Source: a virus
Virus record (IMG/VR): IMGVR_UViG_3300033048_000096
DNA: 64,000 nt
Strand: one strand, 5' to 3'
Positions within the stretch are counted from its first letter, which is position 1; every line of letters starts with the position of its first letter. Below, piece by piece: positions 32,301-42,300 of the stretch. A program made the translations under genes and the position numbers. The notes beneath the pieces were generated by a model, which saw only the letters and a list, made by a program, of their open reading frames with translations, did not search any database and had not been told where the DNA came from.

Positions 32301-34172
32301 TTGACGACGCACGACATCAAGAACGGCAGATAATGGATCCGTGTTGTTTAAAGCAGATGAAGCTGACTGTCTGCTTATATTATGAACCTGATATGCTTGG
32401 TCAATAAATGTCTGAACATTATATGGCTGGCCAACAATCAATAAACTTAATATATTCGCTATATCCAAGTTGTTTAAAACATCCTGAGCGACAGTTAATC
32501 CATACGTTTGGTTATGTATCGCTTGGGTAACCTCACCCTCATTTAAAGGATCAACTGTGCTTATAGACGCAGTAGCAGTTATGATGCCCTCCTTCCATCT
32601 ATACACCAATCCCTGGGGGTGTTGCATCACTTTAGTTCCTGACAGGGAGCCACTCTTGTTATATTGGCCTTGAAGCAGATTACCTTCTGTCGCTACTTGC
32701 CCATTTAGGATTCCCGAATCATAAAACAATAAACCACTTTTTATTAAGCTTTTATTCTCTTCTAGAAGTTGAGGACCTCCAGCAGATAATATCATTCCCG
32801 TTGCATCAGTCTTTATTTCATAAGGAGTTAGCGGATCCTCTAACACGCCTTGCGGATCCTGAAGAGCAGGCTCTATCATGAATCTTGACCATTGTAACCA
32901 TCCCATGTTATCAATGCAGTTTACCTTAAGGATCCACTGACCATTATTCCATGTCTCACTTATACGAGTAATGTATCCGCCAAATACGTGACGCATCGCG
33001 AAAGAAGAATCAGAAAATTGCCTTAAGTTTTTGTATGTCTCTAAATCTAACTTACCCTTGGTGAATAAAATTCTTTCCGCTTCGAATATTGTTTCATCAA
33101 CCGATAGGAAATCCCTATCAAATATTTCTTCCTGACTTGAGAAGTTTTCTACAGTCTTATTACCTCTTATATAAAAATGAACACCATCTCCTGCATTTAT
33201 AAATGGCTTGCCAAGATAAAATATTCTCATTCTATCTCTTATGTAGTCTACATTTATTTCCGGATCCAAAGTTCCTAACCCAAGAATCTCAAGGCCAGCC
33301 CCGACTATGCTCCTGGTGTCAATGGCAGGTACCTCAGGGTTGCTTAATTCAGTTAGCAAACCTATCGTGCCAACCAAAGCCTCCTCTATGGCAACCTCTA
33401 TGTCAGCTTCTGTTATATTCATAATTCTATACGGGTCTTCTAATGAGAAGCTCGCGGAACTTGGTTCGGAATTTAAATTTATTAAAGTCGTAAAACTAGA
33501 ATACATACCAACCTCGATGACCCCAGTACCCGGCCCGGTCTCATAATTGTTAGTATTGTTTGGATCAACTATCCATGTAGTAAATGTTAGATCGCTAGCA
33601 AATGCGTTTCTCTCCAATATCATTAATACATCTTCTTTGACGTCATCATATCCTGCATCCGCTAATGTGTTTCCTAAGGCTGACAACAATTGGTTAAAAT
33701 CACTTCGTGTTCTATCTATACTTGGATCAACCGTTAAGAATTGTGAGTTATGAAGAAGCTCGGCGAATAATGATAAATTTATTTCGGATGTTTGCTCGAA
33801 TATATCCTCAACCTTAGTTAAACTTTCGTAAGCCCTAATCTGAGCAACCTTGTAAGCGAATAATGACTTGGTTGAACGTAGAAGCAACTTTTCGGTACGA
33901 TCCATCCACTGAAGATCGTTGACGTGCTTGAAGGTTGAGAAAGCTTTTTTCTTGATCAATATGGACGCCCTCGGAGATAGGGTGACTATGGCCCTCTCCT
34001 TTGGCGTTATCGCTGCCGTACGGCTCTCCCCGAGCCTTACAGATACCCCAGCACCAAATAGGTTGCTCTCGCTCGGCACGGGGCATCTCACGCTAAATTT
34101 GCCATTGCGAACATCTGCTAAAATATTTTTTATACTTAAACTTATAGTGTTTCCGAATTTCTTCCCGGCCAT
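29361..34172 (-). CDS. Baseplate hub protein (Mu gp44/P2 gpD/T4 gp27-like) with large insertions
   Basis: 1603 aa. Motifs VFGGYITRISE, LEFFANSQGHLEFRPPQWN, ASITIIGNEYYEPGDTVY, YYVRSVSHNF, FTTSLTLEFG. Confidence 0.8.
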   Translation of the reverse strand: MAGKKFGNTISLSIKNILADVRNGKFSVRCPVPSESNLFGAGVSVRLGESRTAAITPKERAIVTLSPRASILIKKKAFSTFKHVNDLQWMDRTEKLLLRSTKSLFAYKVAQIRAYESLTKVEDIFEQTSEINLSLFAELLHNSQFLTVDPSIDRTRSDFNQLLSALGNTLADAGYDDVKEDVLMILERNAFASDLTFTTWIVDPNNTNNYETGPGTGVIEVGMYSSFTTLINLNSEPSSASFSLEDPYRIMNITEADIEVAIEEALVGTIGLLTELSNPEVPAIDTRSIVGAGLEILGLGTLDPEINVDYIRDRMRIFYLGKPFINAGDGVHFYIRGNKTVENFSSQEEIFDRDFLSVDETIFEAERILFTKGKLDLETYKNLRQFSDSSFAMRHVFGGYITRISETWNNGQWILKVNCIDNMGWLQWSRFMIEPALQDPQGVLEDPLTPYEIKTDATGMILSAGGPQLLEENKSLIKSGLLFYDSGILNGQVATEGNLLQGQYNKSGSLSGTKVMQHPQGLVYRWKEGIITATASISTVDPLNEGEVTQAIHNQTYGLTVAQDVLNNLDIANILSLLIVGQPYNVQTFIDQAYQVHNISRQSASSALNNTDPLSAVLDVVRRQNNHFGNFRPYRMVTMSSQTLLQTANSNILRNKSNENIRQLQVRRAELDAIIRRLTDANNLSGGSILLNSLRAERNSIESGIQAQVRILNDSGAVSSSDLITQNFNLFGRSKTLPLTGNYTADHQTTRAMTIVGAQRRIEDVRLNRDQNLFIVSDQYDEQTDIRPFIFKLKDADYKIFKGDFISVYDKCAEAAKFINLEFFANSQGHLEFRPPQWNRTPLTILQRLFEINKESGKKIVPSFLTEVFQSRSNSLRREIHSLNIRIVLLALLLNSYPDNTLIPNFNSSVRNIILQGFGNGKESLRFFGVSESGSTSAVDLRSGNIQFGVGNIVDTGNQVLGTGINIMAGLGERGDVLNGDTTTLLGIFDPLFQESTGLVNNVLNTASNSSGESSIKIANPSNLNNLRESFVKLSGIDPATDLVSDNGKFQKSDFILNNNSTSPNAESENLAKANNYLKKLEETISKRDSLVTILMRNAEKEQELDEVEEILSGEFTNAQANNDPNFLDTLIEKLDQASNTVKTITDIFTGDATKGSLFDHLIADDTRNFLGPGSGKRHIIEDYDIMECTFTEEPPDFVRVDIVGDAPIIGSSLNQTFQDRYYWAGATDFDLWRQYGYKSGGTKNLPFASDAELQSKPYAILELQLQRLKINQASITIIGNEYYEPGDTVYVKTKELLYYVRSVSHNFGLGSKFTTSLTLEFGHPPGTYLPSPLDIIGQQFTKDPLTGTILTYRNSQGDDSYRELQPDCAIVFPDNQDITEENIPVLLDHKDNALRFTNMMADLSSLVIGNRIVLIRGFVKGRNDPDEELVRNNIKIIKGMLQNPVSLTQTNPTSLSDDIFDFGSSVARGLGKQSGTTKGITSMTLPNGLPVNSIPATMIAEQIVFLDNESSTSEIQCLNPSLLSAQTLDSKLIDSGDYEAIFPKGGPKQRTWLDIKSQNNTVATINSRTFRVSNVIEIGILDIERVIGTGIKKQDGINSGTN

Positions 34173-35111
34173 TTAACTTCCTTTAATTGAACTATTTCTA
34201 TTTATGCTAACCAGATTTATATCCGGATTATTCGACTCTTGAGTCTCTCTTATAGAGGATGTTACCGAATTAGTTATTCCTGGTTCATTATTATTTTGAC
34301 TATTTCTCAATAAAGACTGCTGAGTCGTAGTCGGGAAACTAAGTTCATCTAACTTTTGACCTTCGTTAGGGGTGGATATCGTAACCGCGTTGCCACTGCT
34401 GTCAGTAGGCTTTCTATGCCAAGGCATGAAGTTACTTCTAGTGCCAGTTCTCTTGGTTATCATAAATGTAAACTTATACTCAAAGTGCCCAGGAGTTGAA
34501 GCGCTCTCATCTACGCCGAAGTTTTTGAAGTATCCAGTGAACTTTTCTCCTTGCCAATATAATATCATGCTCGTTGCGAAGGCTCCAATCGTGGGAATTA
34601 ATTCTACCGACAATGAATTGTTATCAGCTATTCCTTGAGCAGCATTAGTTATCTCCTCAATTACCGAACTTGCACCATTCACTATCCCAGAAAATCCATT
34701 TTTAGTTATCGTGTCTACTATGGATATTATTCCAGCACCAGCATTGGCCACGGCACCTAATTCGTCAAGAGAGGCTCTAGCGTTTTGATCTAACATTACC
34801 GCTCTTTCTAATAAAATATTATTAAATTGAGTTATTTCATTCCTATATACACCTCTCAATATATTTATAGCTTCTATGCCTCCTGAACCTGTAGTCCCAG
34901 ACGCTTGAATCTGACCAAGCTCCTCTCCCCAATAATGTATCGCGTATCCACCCTTTGTTAACGTTTCATTTATTATCTTTGTGTCATCTATTCCGAAGGT
35001 CTGTGGGTTTATATACAAAGGAACGATAGCTCTACCCGTAAGATCGGTCCTACCCAGTGACCCAATCGTTAAGGGTATTAAAAATTTCATAGTTCTTCTT
35101 TGCACTGTCAT
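34173..35111 (-). CDS. Tail tube initiator/baseplate distal protein
   Basis: 312 aa between tape measure and hub. Motifs LYINPQ, TKGGYAIHYWGEEL..I.ASGTTG, FTGYFKNF..DE, FEYKFTF. Confidence 0.7.
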   Translation of the reverse strand: MTVQRRTMKFLIPLTIGSLGRTDLTGRAIVPLYINPQTFGIDDTKIINETLTKGGYAIHYWGEELGQIQASGTTGSGGIEAINILRGVYRNEITQFNNILLERAVMLDQNARASLDELGAVANAGAGIISIVDTITKNGFSGIVNGASSVIEEITNAAQGIADNNSLSVELIPTIGAFATSMILYWQGEKFTGYFKNFGVDESASTPGHFEYKFTFMITKRTGTRSNFMPWHRKPTDSSGNAVTISTPNEGQKLDELSFPTTTQQSLLRNSQNNNEPGITNSVTSSIRETQESNNPDINLVSINRNSSIKGS

Positions 35112-35120
35112 GTTAATTCC

Positions 35121-36908
35121 TTATATTGCTTTGCCATCTCTTTTAGATATATAACTTTCCATAACTGAGACCAAAGCATCTATCGACCTCTTTAAATTAC
35201 CCGTAGCAGTATCAGCACCCTTGTTTGATACCTGCATCGTAATCCCTTTTAATGCGGAAATGATAGCTGAACTATTATCAAGACTATCTATCTTTGACTC
35301 AATCGATTTAAATGTATCGGTAATACTTCCGCCAGCCGAAGAGAATCCTTTTTGAAAATCTATAGCCAACTCCTGTGGACTTTGCGCATTAACATCTTTT
35401 AGGCTGGAGCTAATTGACTTAACGGCTTCATCTTGGAATTGAGTCACGACACCTGACAAGCTGTCTCCACTTATTCTAAATCCCTCTATTAAGTTTCTAT
35501 TCATTAAATTGATCTCGGCGAATGTCGCTTCCGTGTACTTAGCGGTCTTTTCTTGATAACCCAAAGTTTCACTTCTTCCTGCGGTAATTTCTTGCAAATC
35601 TTTCCCTAATGACTCAGCCAAGTCTATATTTCCGCTCTTAGTGGCATTCCCTAGCTCTTGTAATAGCTCAAGCGTCCTGTCCTGTGCCCCAGGGTCCTGA
35701 ATGCCGTAGAGGTCCTCTAGGAGCTTAGTCTGCGTATAGAATGTAGCTTGCAGTGCGGGGTCAGCGGCAGCTTCTTGTACCGTAACTATTTGGCCCCCAG
35801 TAAATGATGCTAATGTATCCTTTAATGCATTGGCCATTTCCATTGCTATTTTACCTTGGTCTCCACCCTCCTTATTAGATTCTAACAAGCTAGCTCTAAG
35901 ACCGATTCCTGCGCCCAACGCTCCACCTCCGCCACCCATGTCCAGCCCACCTCGTTGGAATGTTACATACGCTGCGGCATAATTTGATGTCAGCTTAACC
36001 AAAGCGCCACTTAATGATTCTGATAGCTCTATGGCATTTTCAAACCCAAGGCCCATCCCCTTTAGAGAGTCAGCAAATCCTTCCAATATAGGTTGGCCGA
36101 AATCTGCGGTTAATCCTAATTTTGAAAAATTGCCAGCTAAAGTCTGCAAACTACCAGCTACCTTATCAACTCGTAAACCAGTGCTGTTAGAAATATCACC
36201 AAACATAGCCATCTGCTCAGCGGCCTGTTGAGATGTTAGCCCCTGCTTTAGCATCGCTTGACCAATTAACTCAGTATATTTAGCTACTTCGAGCCCCAAT
36301 GATTTTGAATGCAAGAATGCTGTATTTAATAGATCCATTTTTCCAGCAGCAGATGAAATTATATCACTCATATGCTCTAACGGTATTCCTGCCTGCTCTA
36401 ACCCTTTTACTGCAGAAATTCTATCTGCAGGTGATATAAATCCAGCTTCAGCTTTTGCGAAATCTTGAGCGGAAGAAATTATGTACTCTGAAAATTGCTT
36501 AGCAGACGCAAAACTACCATTAAATTTAGACACGGATTCGTATAAAGAGGCATTTAGATTTCTGGAAAATCCAGTGACAGAGTCAATGGCTCCACCAACT
36601 CCATCCAGTAAGGCGGCTAATTTAATCGCTCCACCCATTACTGTGCCGAATGTATCACTTAATAGACCCATTCCCTTCGAAAGAATCCCCGTACCCAAAT
36701 CAAGGCCCATAGCGCTTCCTAGGTTACCAAGCCCTGAAGTTAATCTAGAGGCAGCAGCTATGCTAGAATCCATAGACTTAACCAAAGAATCGAAACCTAA
36801 TCCACCGCCTAAAGCTTTTTTATTTAAATCATCAAGAGCGGAAGATGCGGTACTTATTGATGAATTAATATCTTCTAATGATTCTAATATTTTTTTATTC
36901 TTTGCCAT
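35121..36908 (-). CDS. Tape measure protein (short)
   Basis: 595 aa, A/G/S/L-rich and helical; directly follows the frameshifting chaperone pair. Confidence 0.8.
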   Translation of the reverse strand: MAKNKKILESLEDINSSISTASSALDDLNKKALGGGLGFDSLVKSMDSSIAAASRLTSGLGNLGSAMGLDLGTGILSKGMGLLSDTFGTVMGGAIKLAALLDGVGGAIDSVTGFSRNLNASLYESVSKFNGSFASAKQFSEYIISSAQDFAKAEAGFISPADRISAVKGLEQAGIPLEHMSDIISSAAGKMDLLNTAFLHSKSLGLEVAKYTELIGQAMLKQGLTSQQAAEQMAMFGDISNSTGLRVDKVAGSLQTLAGNFSKLGLTADFGQPILEGFADSLKGMGLGFENAIELSESLSGALVKLTSNYAAAYVTFQRGGLDMGGGGGALGAGIGLRASLLESNKEGGDQGKIAMEMANALKDTLASFTGGQIVTVQEAAADPALQATFYTQTKLLEDLYGIQDPGAQDRTLELLQELGNATKSGNIDLAESLGKDLQEITAGRSETLGYQEKTAKYTEATFAEINLMNRNLIEGFRISGDSLSGVVTQFQDEAVKSISSSLKDVNAQSPQELAIDFQKGFSSAGGSITDTFKSIESKIDSLDNSSAIISALKGITMQVSNKGADTATGNLKRSIDALVSVMESYISKRDGKAI

Positions 36909-37353
36909 TATTTAAAGCTCTCTAATGCGGAATGAATACTTGATAGGTTTGTAGGTAACTTAGTTTTTGGAGGCTTTTTAGACTTAACGTCTCGCCCTCC
37001 TCGTTGTTTCTTTTCTATGCTACGAATTTTCCTGACCGCATCAAGCATTGGGTTATCTTTATAATCACCAGAAATAATATGTTCCTCAAACTCTTCATCA
37101 TTCTTAAAGTTGTGTTGTTCTGCTGAATTTTTCATTTTCTTAGCCTGTCGAACTGCCTCTGGATTCCAGAAAGATGCTAAATATTCTGTTATTGCTATTT
37201 CATGATCAAGTTCTGATTTGCGATCTTGATAAATCATCTCAGAATAAAAATGCCATTGCGCCATAGTTATATCGTCAAAAATAGGATCATCAACCTTGCA
37301 TTTCCATATTTTACATAATTCCCAGCGGAGCCAGAACTCGGGCTCCTTTATTA
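36908..37353 (-). CDS. Tail assembly chaperone T segment (C-terminal part of the G-T -1 frameshift fusion)
   Basis: The -1 frame is open from the slippery site (KKLIKEPEFWLRWELCKIWKCKVDDPIFDDIT) into ORF 36908..37264 (MAQWHFY...). Confidence 0.85.
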
Positions 37354-37360
37354 GTTTTTT
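37327..37360 (-). promoter_or_regulatory. Programmed -1 ribosomal frameshift signal: slippery heptamer A AAA AAC plus stimulatory hairpin
   Basis: Minus strand reads ATA AAA AAC TAA TAAA GGAGCC CGAGTTCT GGCTCC: heptamer 37354-37360, 7-nt spacer, 6-bp stem at 37327-37346. Confidence 0.9.
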
Positions 37361-37896
37361 ATTTTGTCACTCAGATCACCACTTTCGAAAAAACTATTAG
37401 ACTTCTTTACCAAATCTTCGTACTTGTTAAATAATTTCTCAACTAAATTTGATTGAAATTCAGAAACAACTTCGGACTTTTTATCATCCACCGAAAGATC
37501 ATCGTCACCGTCATATAACTCCTCTAATGGTTGACCATTTATAGATTGAATAACCTGAGCTAATGTAAATTCCTTTACATTCATTAACCTCTCTTCTGCA
37601 TCTAACTTAACTAACCTTCTAACTAACTTCTTTTGCTGCCTATTATTAAGAGTTGACATTTTGAAAATAAATCCACCGGCATGAACCTCTTCTATTACCT
37701 TCCCAAACAAAACTAAATCTTTAAGCTCAGAAGGCACAGGCTCTCTTGGTAACTCAACCTCGACACTAGATTCATTCATTTCCCTTACTTTATCCAAAGC
37801 TACGCTAATTCCACTTGATGAATCATTTACGGTATCCAAAGCTTTAGACGCCTTTGACGCTGTTGAGTGATTTACATTACCATTTCTTCTTCCCAT
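37351..37896 (-). CDS. Tail assembly chaperone G
   Basis: 181 aa between tube and tape measure; ends exactly at the slippery heptamer. Confidence 0.85.
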   Translation of the reverse strand: MGRRNGNVNHSTASKASKALDTVNDSSSGISVALDKVREMNESSVEVELPREPVPSELKDLVLFGKVIEEVHAGGFIFKMSTLNNRQQKKLVRRLVKLDAEERLMNVKEFTLAQVIQSINGQPLEELYDGDDDLSVDDKKSEVVSEFQSNLVEKLFNKYEDLVKKSNSFFESGDLSDKIKN

Positions 37897-37898
37897 AA

Positions 37899-38510
37899 TT
37901 AAACTCCATTCTCTATAACGTTATCACTTATCTTATTACATAAACTTATGAAATCTTTATGCGATAATAAACCCTTAAATTTCTGACAGGAACGGCATGA
38001 TGAAACTATATTATTTGATACGTATCCCTCATCAGATTCAAGCAATTCTAACCTAACTGTATTAATCTGGGCATTACAATAATGACATTGCTTTTCCCAA
38101 AATAATAAAAATTCATCTAAAGTTAGACCGAACTTAAGTCCAGCCCTAATAGCCTTGTCTTTATATAAACCATACTGTCGAGCAGGCTTATAATTATGAC
38201 ACCTCTTGCATTCAGCCCTGAAAAATGGGGGATTGGGTAGCGATGAGAAGTTTGTCAGCTCTTTAAACTCATCACATCTTTTACAAATCTTACCACCATC
38301 ATTTTTGTATTTTTCCTGAGTGGATTTAGCTCTGGCAGCACCAGAACATATACGACAGCAATATATACCGTCAGCAAGTCTACGTATTACGTTATATAAC
38401 GTACCATACTTAATTTCGAACTCCTCATTACACCAACTACACTTGACGGGAATAATTTCAATATTTTTCCAAATCGATCTATCATTTTTTAAATGCTCTA
38501 ATGTGTACAA
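37899..38510 (-). CDS. Zinc-finger protein with a degenerate HNH endonuclease domain
   Basis: 203 aa, TTG start. CxxC pairs; C-terminal CHYC...RLELLESDEGYVSNNIVSSCRSCQKFK aligns with the phage HNH pattern CxYC...GIDRIDSxxGYxxxNVVxCCxxCNxMK but lacks the DR and second N residues. Confidence 0.7.
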   Translation of the reverse strand: MYTLEHLKNDRSIWKNIEIIPVKCSWCNEEFEIKYGTLYNVIRRLADGIYCCRICSGAARAKSTQEKYKNDGGKICKRCDEFKELTNFSSLPNPPFFRAECKRCHNYKPARQYGLYKDKAIRAGLKFGLTLDEFLLFWEKQCHYCNAQINTVRLELLESDEGYVSNNIVSSCRSCQKFKGLLSHKDFISLCNKISDNVIENGV

Positions 38511-38580
38511 AATACAAGCTCCGCACCTATAAACAAAAAAGTACCATAAATTTAAAAAGCTATACTCTTTTGCTTAAAAC

Positions 38581-38607
38581 AAAAAACCCAACCAAATGGC
38601 TGGGTTT
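38581..38607 (-). terminator. Intrinsic terminator after tail tube gene
   Basis: Minus strand AAACCCAGCCA-TT-TGGTTGGGTTT followed by a T tract. Confidence 0.8.
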
Positions 38608-38628
38608 AATTAGGTTAAGTTCTATATA

Positions 38629-39234
38629 TTAAAAGCTAGCGCTAATAAGCCCGGGGAAGTCAAGTGAGCCTCTTCTTACTCCGGAGTCAGCCAATAGCTC
38701 AACCTCGTCAATTTGACCTGATATCTGACGGCTTCCACCTACGCCCTGGCTTAATGCGACGGCCTCACCACCTCTTAATGTTCTTATGTTTTCAACTTCA
38801 ATATTTACATTCTCTGTTATAATAAAGTTATTCGCATCGTATGCCTTAGATATGCTAGTAAACCAGCAATTTTCATAAGTGGTTATTATGGCGTCATCAT
38901 TGGTTCCTGTGTACTGATCAATTACGACTATATCAAAGGGGATGCGCTGAGCTTGAATATTTCTAAATCCTCTTGAAAAAGCTTCTGTCACGCTTAATCC
39001 GTCATAAACAATTCTATCAACAGTTAGCTGAAAGTTTGCTATCTCCTGAGGGACTACCTCTAGAGTACCATCCGTACCTATCTCAGCAATTCTCTTTGAT
39101 GAACGATTCTGACTCTCTTGGAATGACTGCACGGCGCCAACAGGTTCGTTATTTACCATGATAATTATTTGAGTAGATAACGCTGTTCTAGTAGCACTGT
39201 CTAATATAGAACCTGTTCTAGGGTATGTAGCCAT
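38629..39234 (-). CDS. Tail tube protein
   Basis: 201 aa after the sheath. Motifs VGAVQSF, RIAEIGTDG..E.VP, PFDIVVID, TTYENCWF, ITENVNIE. Confidence 0.9.
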   Translation of the reverse strand: MATYPRTGSILDSATRTALSTQIIIMVNNEPVGAVQSFQESQNRSSKRIAEIGTDGTLEVVPQEIANFQLTVDRIVYDGLSVTEAFSRGFRNIQAQRIPFDIVVIDQYTGTNDDAIITTYENCWFTSISKAYDANNFIITENVNIEVENIRTLRGGEAVALSQGVGGSRQISGQIDEVELLADSGVRRGSLDFPGLISASF

Positions 39235-39298
39235 AATTTTCTCCTAAAGAATTTTATTACATTATTCATAATAACTATGAAATATAAATAGAACGCTT

Positions 39299-39345
39299 AA
39301 AAAAAGCCTCCGAGTGGTGAATTGCGCCACGCGGAGGCCGAAAAA
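39299..39345 (-). terminator. Intrinsic terminator after sheath gene
   Basis: Minus strand GCCTCCG-C-GTGGCG-CAAT-TCACCAC-T-CGGAGGC followed by a T7 run. Confidence 0.8.
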
Positions 39346-39355
39346 GCAATTATAT

Positions 39356-42300
39356 TTATAAGATTCCAACCTCTAAGTCGATGAATACGAAATTGATTGG
39401 AAATGGCGGAGAATATAATAGGAAGATATCCCATTGTCTTGGATCAATTTTGTTCCTCTCGACCCTTACATTTTTGAATTCGGTAACTAATCCCCTTGAT
39501 ACTAGGGAAATCATTAATCCTACCACCCGGGAAGTCATTACGCCCTGAGTATTATTATCCTCAACGGTTCCTACAAATGGACGCATACCCTGCCTAAGCT
39601 CTTCCTTGACTCTATCCCTAACGAATCTTATTGAAATTTCTTCATCCTCAATAAATCCGGACTGACTAGTTGTTCTGCCAGCTAAAACTTGACCTCCGCC
39701 TATCACAGGTTGAACTACGGTAGCTCCCTCTGCCCCAAGCTGATTAAGTATTGTAGGTCTGAACTTCTTATCTCTTAATATAGAGAATCCTGATAACGTT
39801 TTGAAGGTTAATGGGATCGCGACATTTTGAGTCGACGCAAAATACCCAGAAGCAGCTGCCGCCATGTAGAATCCATCTATGAAGGTGTTAGTTCCATTTA
39901 TAGGTCTTACTATTTGATCGGGATAGAAGTATACAGATCTGTTACTAGTGTAATTATCACTTAACTTGAAATTCTGAAGATCTTCTGTGTTACCATCCAA
40001 TACTTCCTCGGGATCATCACCCTGAATGCCCTCAAGCACTCCAATGTCTTCTACAGCGACCTCTTCTAATCCGAGTAGAGCACTAGCAGTAACACCCTGC
40101 TGGGCACCAAACATTGTTATTCTTTCTTTCTGAATAGCTATAGTACTCATAGTCTCTACGTGCTGAATAGCTGCCCTGAAGATACCACCTCGATTCTGAA
40201 GAGGAAGAGGAATAACCATCTGGCAATCTTCAGCCTCAAGTGACTCAAAAGCCTCAAACCAGTTAGTGTCGAAGAAGTCAGCGTCTACCTCATCAATATA
40301 AGAGATCCTGACACCATCACCAACTTGCATAGCTCCGCTATCAACCAAGTCTCTATGAAGAAGTAACGAAGAACGTAGATTTGTGGTGTCAGATAGATCC
40401 TTAATGAAGAATTGAATATCTACAGCGTCAGATAGTACAATCGGAAGGCCTGTCACGTTTCCGGCTACTGTAACTGTACTATCATTGACGACCCCGGTAA
40501 TAACTAATTCGACGCCAGTGGTAGTAACACCAAATAGGTGAGCGCTTATATCATCGGATGTCGTTAGGACTGCTCCAGAAGATGTTTCCAAACTCTGTAT
40601 GACAATTACCTGACCAACATCTTCGCCGTCAAAATCAACCTCAGCTGTTGAGAATATTCCATCAGCAGCTGTTATGTCTCCATTAAAGCCCTGCCCTGTA
40701 ACCTTGGTGTCGGTATTTATTATGGTATAAGAAAATGTAGTGTCAGGACTCGATATAAACTGAGTTTGACCAGTAGGACTTTCAAGCTGAGGATTATAAA
40801 ATCCAACCTTATTAGGGAATATTTGAGTCTCCAATCCACCCCTAACTATAAATATATTTACCTGAGTCTCAATATCGGGTCTTGCTTTTTGTAACCCAGA
40901 TACCGGAAGAGGTATTACGAAAGTAAGATCATCAGCCTCGCAATCTACAGCTAAGCCTCCGCATGCCTGAAACCCTCCACTTCCGTTAGCGTCTATTTCT
41001 GGCAGAAGAGTTACACTTGTTCTTCTAGGAATGGGCGGCTTACACTGCACTGCCAGCACAAATGGTGATTGGTTCTCGAAACACAGCTTAGCACCCAAGG
41101 AAAGCGTATTTGACAAACTTTCCTGACCATGCTTAACTGATAACTCCGCAGAACTAACGAATAGCTGGGGATCATTTATATCACTGAGGGCAATGTATTT
41201 AGCCTCAAGTCTATCATTTTCCTTAAGAACTTTGGAATTAACATCTATGAAGAATTTATCCCCAACAGAGAATGGAACTAATCCTGGATTTATTCCGAAT
41301 ATAATTACACCATTTGTTTCTAGCATGTGGAACTCAAGACCAATTTCAGCCAAACCATCGGCATCATCATCTAATAAGTTGGGGAATCCTAACGCCGAAT
41401 CACTCAAAGAACTTACTCTAAGTCGTCTGGACGAAGTAACTTGATCAACTCTATAGAAACCTTGCGAATCGCCGCTGCAAATTGACAGAACTTTTCCAAG
41501 CTCACCACTAGTAAAGCTGCCTTCAGTAGTAGGCACTCCAGTAACATCATTATGAAGAACCGAGGGATCGTCGATGAATAAGTTCGTCGCTCTTATCTCC
41601 CAATCAGAAGCGGATACATCATAAGCTATGCTGTCAGTTGCTAGTGTCAATGTGGTAACATCTGTTCCTGAATCATAATCTATATCATCTATTTCAATTC
41701 CGATGTAACCATCTATGCAAAGCTCATCACCGACCAAGGCTTGGCCCTGAGCAATAAGGTTGCCAGAGAACTCAAAGAATCTGGTCGTTAGTGGCGTTGC
41801 ATCACCCACTATAGACGCTGCGGCCCCCGTCCCGAAGCCTAGGCTGTCCGCAACGACAAAGCCGTCGTCACACGCCTCTTGAGTCCCGGAAACAGCACCT
41901 GCCGTGCCAGTGTAATATGAATCATGGAATAATATTGGTTGAGCGAATGCATCGGTTAGTTGCCCAGATACCGATCCGGATACAGTAAATGTAGTTAGTC
42001 CAGGAATTGAATCACCATTGGAATCTCTTATAACTCCGATAACTCTCACCGTCCATCTTTCCTCTGGAGCATTTTCGTCAAGGATTGATATTAAATCATT
42101 AATTCCGCAAGTGCCATCTACGATAACTCCGTCACCAACATTTAAAGTGCTAGCAGAAAACTTACTTCCGTTCTGATCACCTATGCTCGCTCCCTGAAGT
42201 TCGATACAGCCGCTGCTTATATCTAGCCTGAAATCAAAATCACCATCAAATGGGCTCGAATCAATCTGATCCTCTAAGCCCCGTAGTTGATTGCCATTTA

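Noticed and set aside
5190-34172. Inteins or introns explaining the oversized baseplate genes
   Set aside because: No intein splice-junction or LAGLIDADG motifs were recognised and the frames are uninterrupted; insertions look like structural beta domains.
39299-39345. tRNA or other structured ncRNA between sheath and tube
   Set aside because: A single hairpin with a T tract is explained as a terminator; no cloverleaf was seen here or elsewhere.
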